From the NCBI GenBank assembly GCA_028713635.1, contig JAQTNX010000001.1, positions 2,281-66,280 on the forward strand: 64,000 nucleotides of DNA, given 5' to 3'. Made by a program: the position numbers and the translations under genes. The notes beneath the pieces were generated by a model. The model searched no databases, was not told the DNA's origin, and worked only from the letters and a program-made list of their open reading frames with translations. Source of the DNA: Candidatus Bipolaricaulis sp. GTDB lineage: Bacteria > Bipolaricaulota > Bipolaricaulia > UBA7950 > UBA9294. Of the stretch, positions 49,802 through 58,577 are shown in pieces. Within the stretch, counting starts at the first letter, position 1, and every line of letters begins with the position of its first letter.

Positions 49802-52800
49802 ATGCGAGTCGCGTTCCGAATTGGCGTTTGCCTCGTCTTCTTGCTGGCAGCCCCCTTGCTTGCAGCGGCCACCGTGCTCGTCGTGTCCCCGGACGGGTCG
49901 GCCGATTACCGGACGATTCGCGGCGCGATGAACGCCGCGGCCTTCGGCGACATCCTCCGCGTCGCCGGCGGGGTCTACGAGGAGCAGGTGGTGCTCAAGA
50001 ACGGCGTGACCGTCGTGGGCGCGGGGCCTCAGCAGACGGTCGTTCGCTACTCGTACGGGTTTGACCCTGTGCTGGTGATCGATCACGTGAGCTCGGGGCG
50101 GATCGAAGGGATGACGATCGAGCGCGGTGCGTCCATCCTTGAGGGACCGGTTGTCATGGTCACGGCGGGGTCGGCGGATCTTGCCGACTGCGTGATCTCC
50201 GGCGGCATGGGACCTGGCGTCGATGTCGGGGACTTGGCCTCCAACCTTGCGCTCGAGTCCGTGGCGATCGAAGACAACGCGGGCGCCGGCATCTCGGTTC
50301 ATGACGGAGCGAGGGTCACGCTCGACGGCTGCACCGTCCTAGGGAATGAAGGGGTTGGCGCGTGGGTGCGGGACCATGGCCAACTCGAAGCGACCGGTTC
50401 GCGGTTCGAGAGCAACGAGGGGGGAGGAGTCGCCCTCGAGGCGAGTGCGACCGCGTCTCTCGACGGGTGCGAGATCACGGGCCACGCGGCGAGCGGGCTG
50501 CTCGTCGCCGGCGACGCGAGGATCGTCGCCAGCGATCTGACCGTCACGAAGAGCGGTAGCGGCGCCGTTCGCCTAACGAGCCGAGCGCTCGGGCAGTTCA
50601 CCCGCCTTCGCGTCGAGGGGGGCAGCGGCGGAGTCGGATGCGAGGACGAGGCGACGTGCACGGTCGACGGCGGGCGATTCGACGCCGTTGACGGGACGTC
50701 GCTCCACGCGACCGGCACGGCCTCGATCTCGGCGCGGACGTGCGAAGTCGTGGGGGGAGGCGGCGACGGGGTGGTCTTCGAGTCGGCGACCCGATGTCGG
50801 CTCACGTATTCGACGGTGGCGCGCAACGCCGGGGACGGCGTGAGGATCTCCGGTGGCGACGTGGAGGTGGGGCACTGCATCCTCGCGTACAACCGCGGGG
50901 CCGGCCTCAGGGCCGATGTGTCCGGCGACGCGTCGAGCGTCCGGGCGTTCTCGCACAACTGCGTCTGGGGAAACGGGACAGACTACGTGGGAACGGCGAG
51001 GCGGCCGTCGGACGTCGCCGCGGCCCCCGGGTTTGCGCACCTTCCGTCAGGCGACGTGTCTCTGCGGCTCGATTCGCCGTGCATTGAAGCTGGCGTGGGG
51101 TGGACGACGATCGGCGCGCAAGAGGATCCGTCGTCGGCCTCCTCGTGGGCGGTCGAACTCGTCTCCTCGGCGTCGCGAGGATGGTTCGGGGAAACCTGGC
51201 ACGCGGATCTCCGTCTTGCCGGATCCCCGTTTGAGATCGCCTCGCTCGACCTTGGACTTCGCTTCCACGAGGGCGGCGTCGCTCTCGACATCGAGTCGAC
51301 CGTGCTCGGGCGCCTCAGCCGGCGAGTTGCGGCGAGTGGGAGCCTCAGCAAGGCGTGGCCTCAGGGCGGCGGTAGCGAGGCCTTGACCGTGGAGTGCGGG
51401 TTCGCCGGGGTGATCCAGAGCGACGAGTCTTGGGGAGCCGTGTGGGGGCTGGCGGCGCTCGAAGGGGGGGCCGTGGGAGCGTCCTTCCGCGTGGCCACGA
51501 ACTGGCCGTCCCCTCACCTGTCGGCGCGACTCCAGCTGGCTTTCGCGCTGTCCTCGTGGAGGCTCGAGGCCTCCTTGGCGGCCGTCGACGTGACGCTGAC
51601 TGCCCTGGACATTGCCTTGTCGCAGGGACTGGGCGCCGGCGCGCGGCGCCTCCGTCTCGAAGAGCGCGTGCAGCTTCTCCCCGATCGCGTCCTCGCGGCG
51701 ACGGCGGAGTGGGCGGGCGATGGGTGGAATTGGACGGGACTCGTCGAGATCGCCGACGAGGCGTGGCGTGCACGGCTCACCCTTGCAGACCGGGGGTTCT
51801 CTGTGACCGGGAAGGCTCGCCTGGTGGGCTGGAGCCTTTCGGAGGGATCGGTGTCCGCCACAGCGAGGCTCGGGTCCGTGACGCTTTCCGGAGAGCTGGC
51901 GCTCTCAACAAGCGACGGGCCGCGCGTCGCGACGGGAGTTGCGTTCGACCCGACGGCGTGGCTGCGCCGGCGGCCGAACGAGCCGCCGATTCCGGCGTTC
52001 TCGGCGCTTCCCGCGGATCCCGAAGCGGGCACGCCGGTCCAGTTCCGCGCGTCCGGCTCGGCCGATCCCGACGGCCAGATCCGAGTGCTGGTGTGGGACT
52101 TCGGCGACGGCGCGGTGGGTGAGGGCCCGTCGGTCGACCACGCGTACGCGGCCGCGGGAATCTATGACGTCGTGCTGACGGTGTCCGACGATCGGGGCGC
52201 GGCGGTCTCCCTCACGCTCCCCGTGACGGTGTGGCCGGCGGATACCTCCCCGGTTGCCGCCTTTGTCGCCGTTGCGGTGTCGGAGGGTGGCGTGCGACTT
52301 CCGAGGGGACCGCGCGCCGGAGACGGAGTCCTGCTCGACGCGTCAGGGTCGAGCGACGCGGATGGGTCGGTCGTCGAGTACAGCTGGGACTTCGAGTCCG
52401 ACGGCGTGATCGACGCCGTATCGAGCGATCCCACGATCATCGCGCCGGCGCTTGCGGCAGCGGCGCACCCAATCACCCTGCGTGTGGTTGACGACACGTC
52501 GCGGTCCGATGCGGTGATGCGCGTCGTTCTGGTCGACCAGGTCGAGCCTCCCCGCGCGGCGTTCTCGTTCACCCCGCCGACCCCGGCGATCCAAGATCCG
52601 GTTTACTTCTCCGATCGCTCGGTCGACACCGACGGGAGTGTGATCGCTTGGATCTGGGATTTCGGTGACGGCCGGAGTTCCCGCGACGCCTCGCCGGTCC
52701 ATCGGTTTTCGGTGGAGGGCGAGTACACCGTGAGGCTCACGGTGAGAGACTCGGACGGTCTCGAGGCGACGGAGTCGAGGTCGGTCGTCGTCTCGCCCAC

Positions 52801-54124
52801 GCCCGAGATCGTACCGGTGGACGAGGTCTGGGCCGTGGTCATCGGGATCTCGGACTACGCTCAAGTGAAGGACCTGCAGTACGGACGAGATGACGCGATC
52901 GCCATGTACCGATGGCTCGTCGATTCCGGGGTCGCAGAGGATCACGTCCGCCTCCTTCTCGACTCCGAAGGGCCGGTGGCTGCGTTCCCTGGCGCGGCGC
53001 CTCGCCTTGCGTCCCTGGTCAACGTGCGAGAGGCGCTCGGGTGGTTGCGGCGCGTGGCGGAAGAGGACGACCTCGCCCTCGTGTCGTTCTCCGGGCACGG
53101 GTTCCAGGGCGACGACGACAACGGCGACGAGCAGGACGGGGTTGACGAGTTCTTCGTCCTTGTCGACACGTCGGCCTCGGCGGTCGAGGACACGGCCCTT
53201 CGTGACGACGAGTTCGGGCGCTTCCTCGATCGACTCGAGTCGAATCACGTCCTCGTTCTGTTCGACGGCTGCTACTCCGGAGGGCTATCGCGCAGCCTTC
53301 CCTCGTCGAAGCGTCCGATCGGAGATCGACCGGACCTGTTCTCCGATTTTGCCCTTGAAGGGAGGCTCATCCTCTCCGCGGCCGCGGAGGCCCAAGAGGC
53401 GTTCGAGTCCCCCGAAGTGGGTCACGGCGTCTTCACGTACTGCGTGATCGCGGGGCTGCGCGGCGCGGCGGACCTCAACGGAGATCGGCGGGTCACGGCG
53501 TGGGAGCTGTACGAGTACGTGGCTCGGGCCGTCCCGGAGCGGGTCCGTCGGGAGCGGGGAGCCGTGCAGGAGCCGCAGCTTGCCGGGGAAGGCGAAGTCC
53601 GGGTCCTTCTTGCGACCGCCGATCGGCCTCCCGCCGTGGCCTTCACATACGGTCCCGACCTGCCGTACGCCGGTTCGCCTGTGCAGTTCGCCGATCAGAC
53701 GCGGGCGGACCGAGGGGTGGAGACGTACGCGTGGTCGTTCGGCGACGGGTCGACGTCGAACGAGCGCTCCCCGACCCACGCGTATGACGCGGAAGGGGAG
53801 TACTCCGTGGACCTTCGCGTGACCGATGCGCGCGGAGTCGTCGGAAGCGCAGCGTCCCGCGTCGCCGTCGGCCCCGCAGGGCGCGTCCTCTCGATCGATG
53901 CCGCGACGGGCTCCGTCCTCGTGTCCTTGGGAGAGGAGAACGGGCTCCGAGTGGGCGACCGATTCGAGACCTCCCGAAGCGCATCCGAGCTCGAGGTCGT
54001 CGAGCTGGTCGGCGGAGACTCCGCCGCGTGCCGCGTCCTGCGCGGCGACCCACCCGCGGTCGACGAGAGCCTCCGGCCGATGTCGAGCGGCGCGGTGTTC
54101 CCTACTCCTCCAGCTCCAGGGTGA
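49802..54124 (+). CDS. Giant secreted multidomain protein: signal peptide, right-handed beta-helix repeats, four PKD domains, and an embedded caspase-like (peptidase C14) domain
   Basis: ATG 49802; the 191-codon upstream extension in the ORF track is rejected. Signal MRVAFRIGVCLVFLLAAPLLAAA. PbH1-like repeats run to about 51100. PKD W-x-FGDG motifs at about 52095, 52385, 52655 and 53740. Caspase core VWAVVIGISDY...FSGHG (His 53096-53098)...DGCYSGG (Cys 53270-53272). Confidence 0.8.
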   Translation: MRVAFRIGVCLVFLLAAPLLAAATVLVVSPDGSADYRTIRGAMNAAAFGDILRVAGGVYEEQVVLKNGVTVVGAGPQQTVVRYSYGFDPVLVIDHVSSGRIEGMTIERGASILEGPVVMVTAGSADLADCVISGGMGPGVDVGDLASNLALESVAIEDNAGAGISVHDGARVTLDGCTVLGNEGVGAWVRDHGQLEATGSRFESNEGGGVALEASATASLDGCEITGHAASGLLVAGDARIVASDLTVTKSGSGAVRLTSRALGQFTRLRVEGGSGGVGCEDEATCTVDGGRFDAVDGTSLHATGTASISARTCEVVGGGGDGVVFESATRCRLTYSTVARNAGDGVRISGGDVEVGHCILAYNRGAGLRADVSGDASSVRAFSHNCVWGNGTDYVGTARRPSDVAAAPGFAHLPSGDVSLRLDSPCIEAGVGWTTIGAQEDPSSASSWAVELVSSASRGWFGETWHADLRLAGSPFEIASLDLGLRFHEGGVALDIESTVLGRLSRRVAASGSLSKAWPQGGGSEALTVECGFAGVIQSDESWGAVWGLAALEGGAVGASFRVATNWPSPHLSARLQLAFALSSWRLEASLAAVDVTLTALDIALSQGLGAGARRLRLEERVQLLPDRVLAATAEWAGDGWNWTGLVEIADEAWRARLTLADRGFSVTGKARLVGWSLSEGSVSATARLGSVTLSGELALSTSDGPRVATGVAFDPTAWLRRRPNEPPIPAFSALPADPEAGTPVQFRASGSADPDGQIRVLVWDFGDGAVGEGPSVDHAYAAAGIYDVVLTVSDDRGAAVSLTLPVTVWPADTSPVAAFVAVAVSEGGVRLPRGPRAGDGVLLDASGSSDADGSVVEYSWDFESDGVIDAVSSDPTIIAPALAAAAHPITLRVVDDTSRSDAVMRVVLVDQVEPPRAAFSFTPPTPAIQDPVYFSDRSVDTDGSVIAWIWDFGDGRSSRDASPVHRFSVEGEYTVRLTVRDSDGLEATESRSVVVSPTPEIVPVDEVWAVVIGISDYAQVKDLQYGRDDAIAMYRWLVDSGVAEDHVRLLLDSEGPVAAFPGAAPRLASLVNVREALGWLRRVAEEDDLALVSFSGHGFQGDDDNGDEQDGVDEFFVLVDTSASAVEDTALRDDEFGRFLDRLESNHVLVLFDGCYSGGLSRSLPSSKRPIGDRPDLFSDFALEGRLILSAAAEAQEAFESPEVGHGVFTYCVIAGLRGAADLNGDRRVTAWELYEYVARAVPERVRRERGAVQEPQLAGEGEVRVLLATADRPPAVAFTYGPDLPYAGSPVQFADQTRADRGVETYAWSFGDGSTSNERSPTHAYDAEGEYSVDLRVTDARGVVGSAASRVAVGPAGRVLSIDAATGSVLVSLGEENGLRVGDRFETSRSASELEVVELVGGDSAACRVLRGDPPAVDESLRPMSSGAVFPTPPAPG

Positions 54125-55094
54125 TGAGCAGGACCGCGTCGGCGCGATGAACCTTGAGAACCACCCGCTCGCCGGCGCGCCGTGTCGCCAGGTACGCCGC
54201 GAGATCGGCGCACGTGTTCAGCGGAACGCCGTTGGCATAGGTGATCACGTCGCCGACGCGCAGGCCGCGCAGCTCGGCGATGGTCCCGGCGGCGACCGAG
54301 CTGATCCGGATTCCCGTCCCGCCCGTCTCCTCGCACAGGATTCCGAGCGACACCGACGTGCGAGCGTAGGTCAGGGCAACGGCGTCGACCGGGAGGGATG
54401 TTGCAGACGTGAAGGGGATCAGGATTGTCGGCTGGTCGATCACCGCTCCGGCTCCGGTTCCCTTGGTTGCGTCGCCACGGGGATCGGGCAAGTAGACGTA
54501 GACGCGGATCGATCCGCGCAGCGCGTCCAGCGAGGAGTGGGCCTGGCTCGGCGTGGCGAATCGGAACTGCAGCGCTTCGTCTGAGCTCACCTGCCACCCC
54601 GTGATCCGCACGGTCTGCTTCGGCAGGAGGATCCATTTCTTGTCCTTGATCGTTCCGGTGACTCCGGCGCTGCCGTTCGTGTTCAGGCCGTCGATGGCCA
54701 GCACGACGCCCAGCAGGCCTGCGGTCCGGTTCGTGAGGGTGACACGATACAGCGATCCGAGCACCGGCTCGACGGCGTAGTGCCGCTCAAACATGTACTG
54801 GACGGTGGCAAGCGCCGAGCACGAACCGGGTTCGCTCCACGATCCGCTCTGGCAACCGCCCACGATCGCCTGAAGCTGAGCTTGATCGGACGCCTCGAGA
54901 CGGGCGATGTCCATTGACAGGAAGCGCGCGTCGAGCGACTCCCACGTGCCGAGTCCGAACAGGCCCCAGGAGCGGAATACCTCGACCTCGACGTCGACGT
55001 ACCGCGACGACACGGAGGCCGCAGCACCCCCGAGCGACGCGGCGACCACGATTACGATCAACGCGATCCAGAAGGCTCGTATCGTACGACTCAT
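54102..55094 (-). CDS. Membrane-anchored PDZ-domain protein
   Basis: aagggggaa RBS. N-terminal TM. C-terminal PDZ (GIRISSVAAGTIAELRGLRVGDVITYANGVPL). Its 3' end overlaps the giant gene by 23 bp. Confidence 0.6.
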   Translation of the reverse strand: MSRTIRAFWIALIVIVVAASLGGAAASVSSRYVDVEVEVFRSWGLFGLGTWESLDARFLSMDIARLEASDQAQLQAIVGGCQSGSWSEPGSCSALATVQYMFERHYAVEPVLGSLYRVTLTNRTAGLLGVVLAIDGLNTNGSAGVTGTIKDKKWILLPKQTVRITGWQVSSDEALQFRFATPSQAHSSLDALRGSIRVYVYLPDPRGDATKGTGAGAVIDQPTILIPFTSATSLPVDAVALTYARTSVSLGILCEETGGTGIRISSVAAGTIAELRGLRVGDVITYANGVPLNTCADLAAYLATRRAGERVVLKVHRADAVLLITLELEE

Positions 55095-55211
55095 CGTTCC
55101 CCCTTCGGCACCTCGATCCCCGAGCACCGACCGCCGGACTCCCCCATGCTGTCGACCCGGCGGAGCAGAGGATACACCATCGGCTCCGGCAGGCGTCGAA
55201 GTCTGCAGGGG

Positions 55212-55772
55212 CTACCGCGGAAGCGTGACCCCGGGCTGATCCTGGTACCCGCCGCCCGCCTCTTTCTCTCCGTAGGTTCGGTTGGGGCGCTCGCCGCGGA
55301 AGAAGACGACTTGGGCGATCCCTTGGCCGATGTGCAGACGAATCGGAAGGGGGGACACGTTGGCGAGCTCGATCGTCAGGATGCCGCGCCACCCGGGCTC
55401 GAGCGGCGTCACGTTGACGAGAAGGCCGCAGCGGGCGTACGAGCTCTTGCCCCAGCACACTCCACAGACGTCGTCCGGCATGTGGAACCACTCCACGGAC
55501 TCCGCCAGGACTTGGGCGTTCGGCGCCAACTCAAACGTTCCGTCGACCTCCACGGCGCGGAAGTGGTTCACAGGGAAGGTGACCGGGTCAAGGACGACGT
55601 TCAAGCCGCCCAGCGGCACGAGGAGCCGGCGCCCTAGGCGAAGGTCATACCCGTAGCTTCCGAGTCCGTACGACGGCTTGCCCTCCTGGCGGGCGACGAA
55701 CGGAGACAACATGGGCGTGTCTCCGGTGCACAGCGCCGCGATTTCCCGATCCGAGAGAATTCCGTGCCCCAT
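55212..55772 (-). CDS. dcd: dCTP deaminase
   Basis: SYGYDLR and GWRGILTIELAN motifs. ggaggagggtcgtg RBS. Confidence 0.85.
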   Translation of the reverse strand: MGHGILSDREIAALCTGDTPMLSPFVARQEGKPSYGLGSYGYDLRLGRRLLVPLGGLNVVLDPVTFPVNHFRAVEVDGTFELAPNAQVLAESVEWFHMPDDVCGVCWGKSSYARCGLLVNVTPLEPGWRGILTIELANVSPLPIRLHIGQGIAQVVFFRGERPNRTYGEKEAGGGYQDQPGVTLPR

Positions 55773-56305
55773 CACGACCCTCCTCCATCTTCGAGCAGCT
55801 CCGGGTGCTGGACTGCTTCCAGCACCCGCGCCACGAACAGGTGCCACTCCGGCAGGCGATGCGTCTTCCGCTGTCGGATCATCCGCTGGAGAACCATGTA
55901 GTTGAGACAAACGACACGCCGCTGCAGGAGCGACTCCGGCACGCCCGCCTTCGCTTCCTCCCAGTCGTTCGCCGCGATCAGCCTGTTCAGATGGTCGAGG
56001 TACTCTGGGGGGACGGGATGGGCGAAGTCGTCCTGGGCGAGCGGCCGAGACGTCAGCGTGTGCATCGTCGACTCGCTCTGCTTGGTCACACCGACTCGGT
56101 ACGTGTCGAACTGCTGCCAGAAGTACCGGGGCGCGGTCATATCCAGCCAGACGACGATGGACTCCAGGTACTTGTTGTGTCCTTCGCCGAGGAAGCGGAG
56201 GCGTCGAGCGACGGCCGCCATTCGCTCCGGTTCCTGTCGGTAGGAGAGAGACAGTCCGAGCAGAGCGGACTCGTAGCCGTGCTCCTCGAGGACGTCGACT
56301 CTCAC
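55772..56305 (-). CDS. Conserved hypothetical protein embedded in the pyr operon (177 aa)
   Basis: GTG start overlaps the pyrE stop (GTGA). Its stop overlaps the dcd start (ATGA). No recognisable motif. Confidence 0.5.
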   Translation of the reverse strand: MRVDVLEEHGYESALLGLSLSYRQEPERMAAVARRLRFLGEGHNKYLESIVVWLDMTAPRYFWQQFDTYRVGVTKQSESTMHTLTSRPLAQDDFAHPVPPEYLDHLNRLIAANDWEEAKAGVPESLLQRRVVCLNYMVLQRMIRQRKTHRLPEWHLFVARVLEAVQHPELLEDGGGS

Positions 56306-56895
56306 TCGGCCCCCTTCGCCGGGTCCTTGCGGCTTCCAGGCTGGTACAGCGGAGTTCCCGCGGCGCACAGCGGGCACTCCGAGTACGTGTAGGTTGGAAT
56401 GCTCAGGTGAACGAGCGCGCGGATGGTCATCCCTTCCACGGCGTGGGTCTCGGATCGGTCGACGATCGCCGCAGAGCAGACCGGCTCTGCGCCGAAACCG
56501 CGGACCAGGTCGATCAGCTCCCGCGTCGTCCGTCCGGTCGTCACGACGTCCTCGACAATCCCGATTCGTTCCCCGGCGCGCAGGGTGAACCCTCGTCGAA
56601 GCTGAAACCTGCCGTCCGGCCCGCGCTCGGGAAACAGAAACGGGCGGCCGAGTCGTCGCGCCACCTCATACCCGATCAGAATGCCGCCCAGGGGGGGCGA
56701 CGCGACGCGGTCGATCCCCTCCGGAAGATGAGTCGCCAGAGCGGCCCCGAGGGTCTCTGCGTGCGCAGGATTCTCCAACACCCGAGCGCACTGGACATAC
56801 CGGCCTGAGTGACGCCCTGAGGAGAGGAGGAAGTGGCCGGACTGCACCGCTCCCGTCTCCTGCAGGAGTTCGAGCCATCGGGTCTCATCGGTCAT
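56302..56895 (-). CDS. pyrE: Orotate phosphoribosyltransferase
   Basis: PRPP-binding motif VEDVVTTGRT. Confidence 0.9.
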   Translation of the reverse strand: MTDETRWLELLQETGAVQSGHFLLSSGRHSGRYVQCARVLENPAHAETLGAALATHLPEGIDRVASPPLGGILIGYEVARRLGRPFLFPERGPDGRFQLRRGFTLRAGERIGIVEDVVTTGRTTRELIDLVRGFGAEPVCSAAIVDRSETHAVEGMTIRALVHLSIPTYTYSECPLCAAGTPLYQPGSRKDPAKGAE

Positions 56896-57664
56896 GGGGC
56901 CTCCCCATTGCTTTGTTGAAGGTTCGGGCGGCGTCTCCCGGGCGCTCCGCCGCGAGGATGCCGCGGGACACGTTGAAGACAAGGGTGCGGTCGGAGCCGG
57001 CGGCGTCGAGGAACGCCTCAAGCTCCCCGCCCTGCGCTCCGACTCCGGGCACGAGCCACGGTGACCCGGGGCCGATGTCGCGCAACGAGCGCGCTCGGGC
57101 GGGGCTCGTCGCGCCGACCACTAGGCCGACCTGTCCCGGGAAACGCTCCTCGAGGCGGGCCGCAAGCTCCGCCACGAGGACGTAGAGCGGAGGCGAGCCG
57201 TGATCGACGATGGTCGCCGCTGTCGGGTTCGAAGGAAGGGTGACGATGAACACGGCGAGTCCCACGTCGAGGAACGGGAGGATCGCGTCCTCGCCCATGT
57301 AGGGGACCACCGTGATCGCGTCCGCCGCGAGCCCATCGTGAGCGGCCCGCGCGTAGGCGGCCGCCGTCGAAGCGATGTCGCACCTCTTGGCGTCGAGGAT
57401 CGCGAGCCGCCCGGCGTCGTGGATTCGGTCGACCGTGTGCCGGAGGAGCGCGACGCCGTCCGACCCGAGCGCCTCGAAGAACGCGCTGTTCGGTTTGTAG
57501 GCGCAAGCATCGTCCTTCGTCTGCAGGATCACGGCGTCAAGGAATCGCTTGACGGCCTGGGCTTCCCTGCCTCCGCCCGGGACAAGCTCGGGATGAGGGT
57601 CGAGGCCGACGCAGAGCCTTCCCCCGGTCTGTCTCTGTGACGCCTTCAGCTTATCAACGAACAT
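56885..57664 (-). CDS. pyrF: Orotidine-5'-phosphate decarboxylase (long type-2 form)
   Basis: LCVGLDPH and ILDAKRCDI motifs. Confidence 0.85.
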   Translation of the reverse strand: MFVDKLKASQRQTGGRLCVGLDPHPELVPGGGREAQAVKRFLDAVILQTKDDACAYKPNSAFFEALGSDGVALLRHTVDRIHDAGRLAILDAKRCDIASTAAAYARAAHDGLAADAITVVPYMGEDAILPFLDVGLAVFIVTLPSNPTAATIVDHGSPPLYVLVAELAARLEERFPGQVGLVVGATSPARARSLRDIGPGSPWLVPGVGAQGGELEAFLDAAGSDRTLVFNVSRGILAAERPGDAARTFNKAMGRPHDR

Positions 57665-58577
57665 GGATTCCCCCTCGGTGCGATGCACCGCGCAGTTGGT
57701 CGACGTCAGCGATCCCTCGCTTGGTCAGCCACTCGTCAAGTTCCTGGGCCAGGCGGAACACCCGGGTCGGGTCGGCCATCACAGCGAACCCGAACCCGAT
57801 CAGGTCCGCGCCAGCGAAGAGCATCTCCAGAGCGCCTCGTAGATCGGAGACGCCGCCCGTCCCGACGATCACGGTCTCCGGAAAAGCCTTCCGCGCCTCG
57901 AACACACGGTGAAGAGCGATCGGGAAGATCGCTGGGCCGCAGAGCCCGCCCACCTGGCGATCCAGCAACGGGAGTCCTGTCTCGGTGTGGATCCTCATCC
58001 CGCGCAACGCGTTGATCAGCGCGACGCCGTCGGCGCCCGCGGAGAGGGCCGCCTCCACGAGATCGAGGTACTTCCCCTCTCCCGGGAGCTTGGCGAGGAT
58101 CGGACGCGTCGACGCGGACCGGGCGCCTCGCACGAAGGCCCGCACGGTCTCGGGATTGTCGGCCACCGTTTCGCCGTGCACGTTCGGGCAGGAGAGGTTC
58201 ACCTCAAGGACGTCAACCCCTTGCTCTCCCGCAAGACGAGACGCCAGAGCGGCGACCTCCTCCGGACTCCGCCCGGCGATGCTGACGATGCGTCGGGTGG
58301 GGAACGCGCGGATCTGCGGAAGGAGATCCACCTCGAACGCGTCGCACCCGGGGTTCTGGAGTCCGATCGAGTTGAGAACGCCGCACGGCGCGTCGACGAG
58401 CCGCGGCTGAGGGTTCCCGCGGCGGGGTTCGAGCGTCACTGTCTTCGTGGTCAGCGCGCCGATCCTCGACAAGTCGAACGCCGCTGCAAGCTCCAGCCCG
58501 AATCCCGCCGGCCCCGATGCGAGGACCACCGGGTTACGGAACTCGAGTCCCAAGGCGCGAACTGTCAGCGCAGCCAT
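57654..58577 (-). CDS. pyrD: Dihydroorotate dehydrogenase catalytic subunit (class 1B)
   Basis: Motifs ASG...TKT and NLSCPN...GGVS. ggagg RBS at 58577. Confidence 0.9.
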   Translation of the reverse strand: MAALTVRALGLEFRNPVVLASGPAGFGLELAAAFDLSRIGALTTKTVTLEPRRGNPQPRLVDAPCGVLNSIGLQNPGCDAFEVDLLPQIRAFPTRRIVSIAGRSPEEVAALASRLAGEQGVDVLEVNLSCPNVHGETVADNPETVRAFVRGARSASTRPILAKLPGEGKYLDLVEAALSAGADGVALINALRGMRIHTETGLPLLDRQVGGLCGPAIFPIALHRVFEARKAFPETVIVGTGGVSDLRGALEMLFAGADLIGFGFAVMADPTRVFRLAQELDEWLTKRGIADVDQLRGASHRGGIHVR

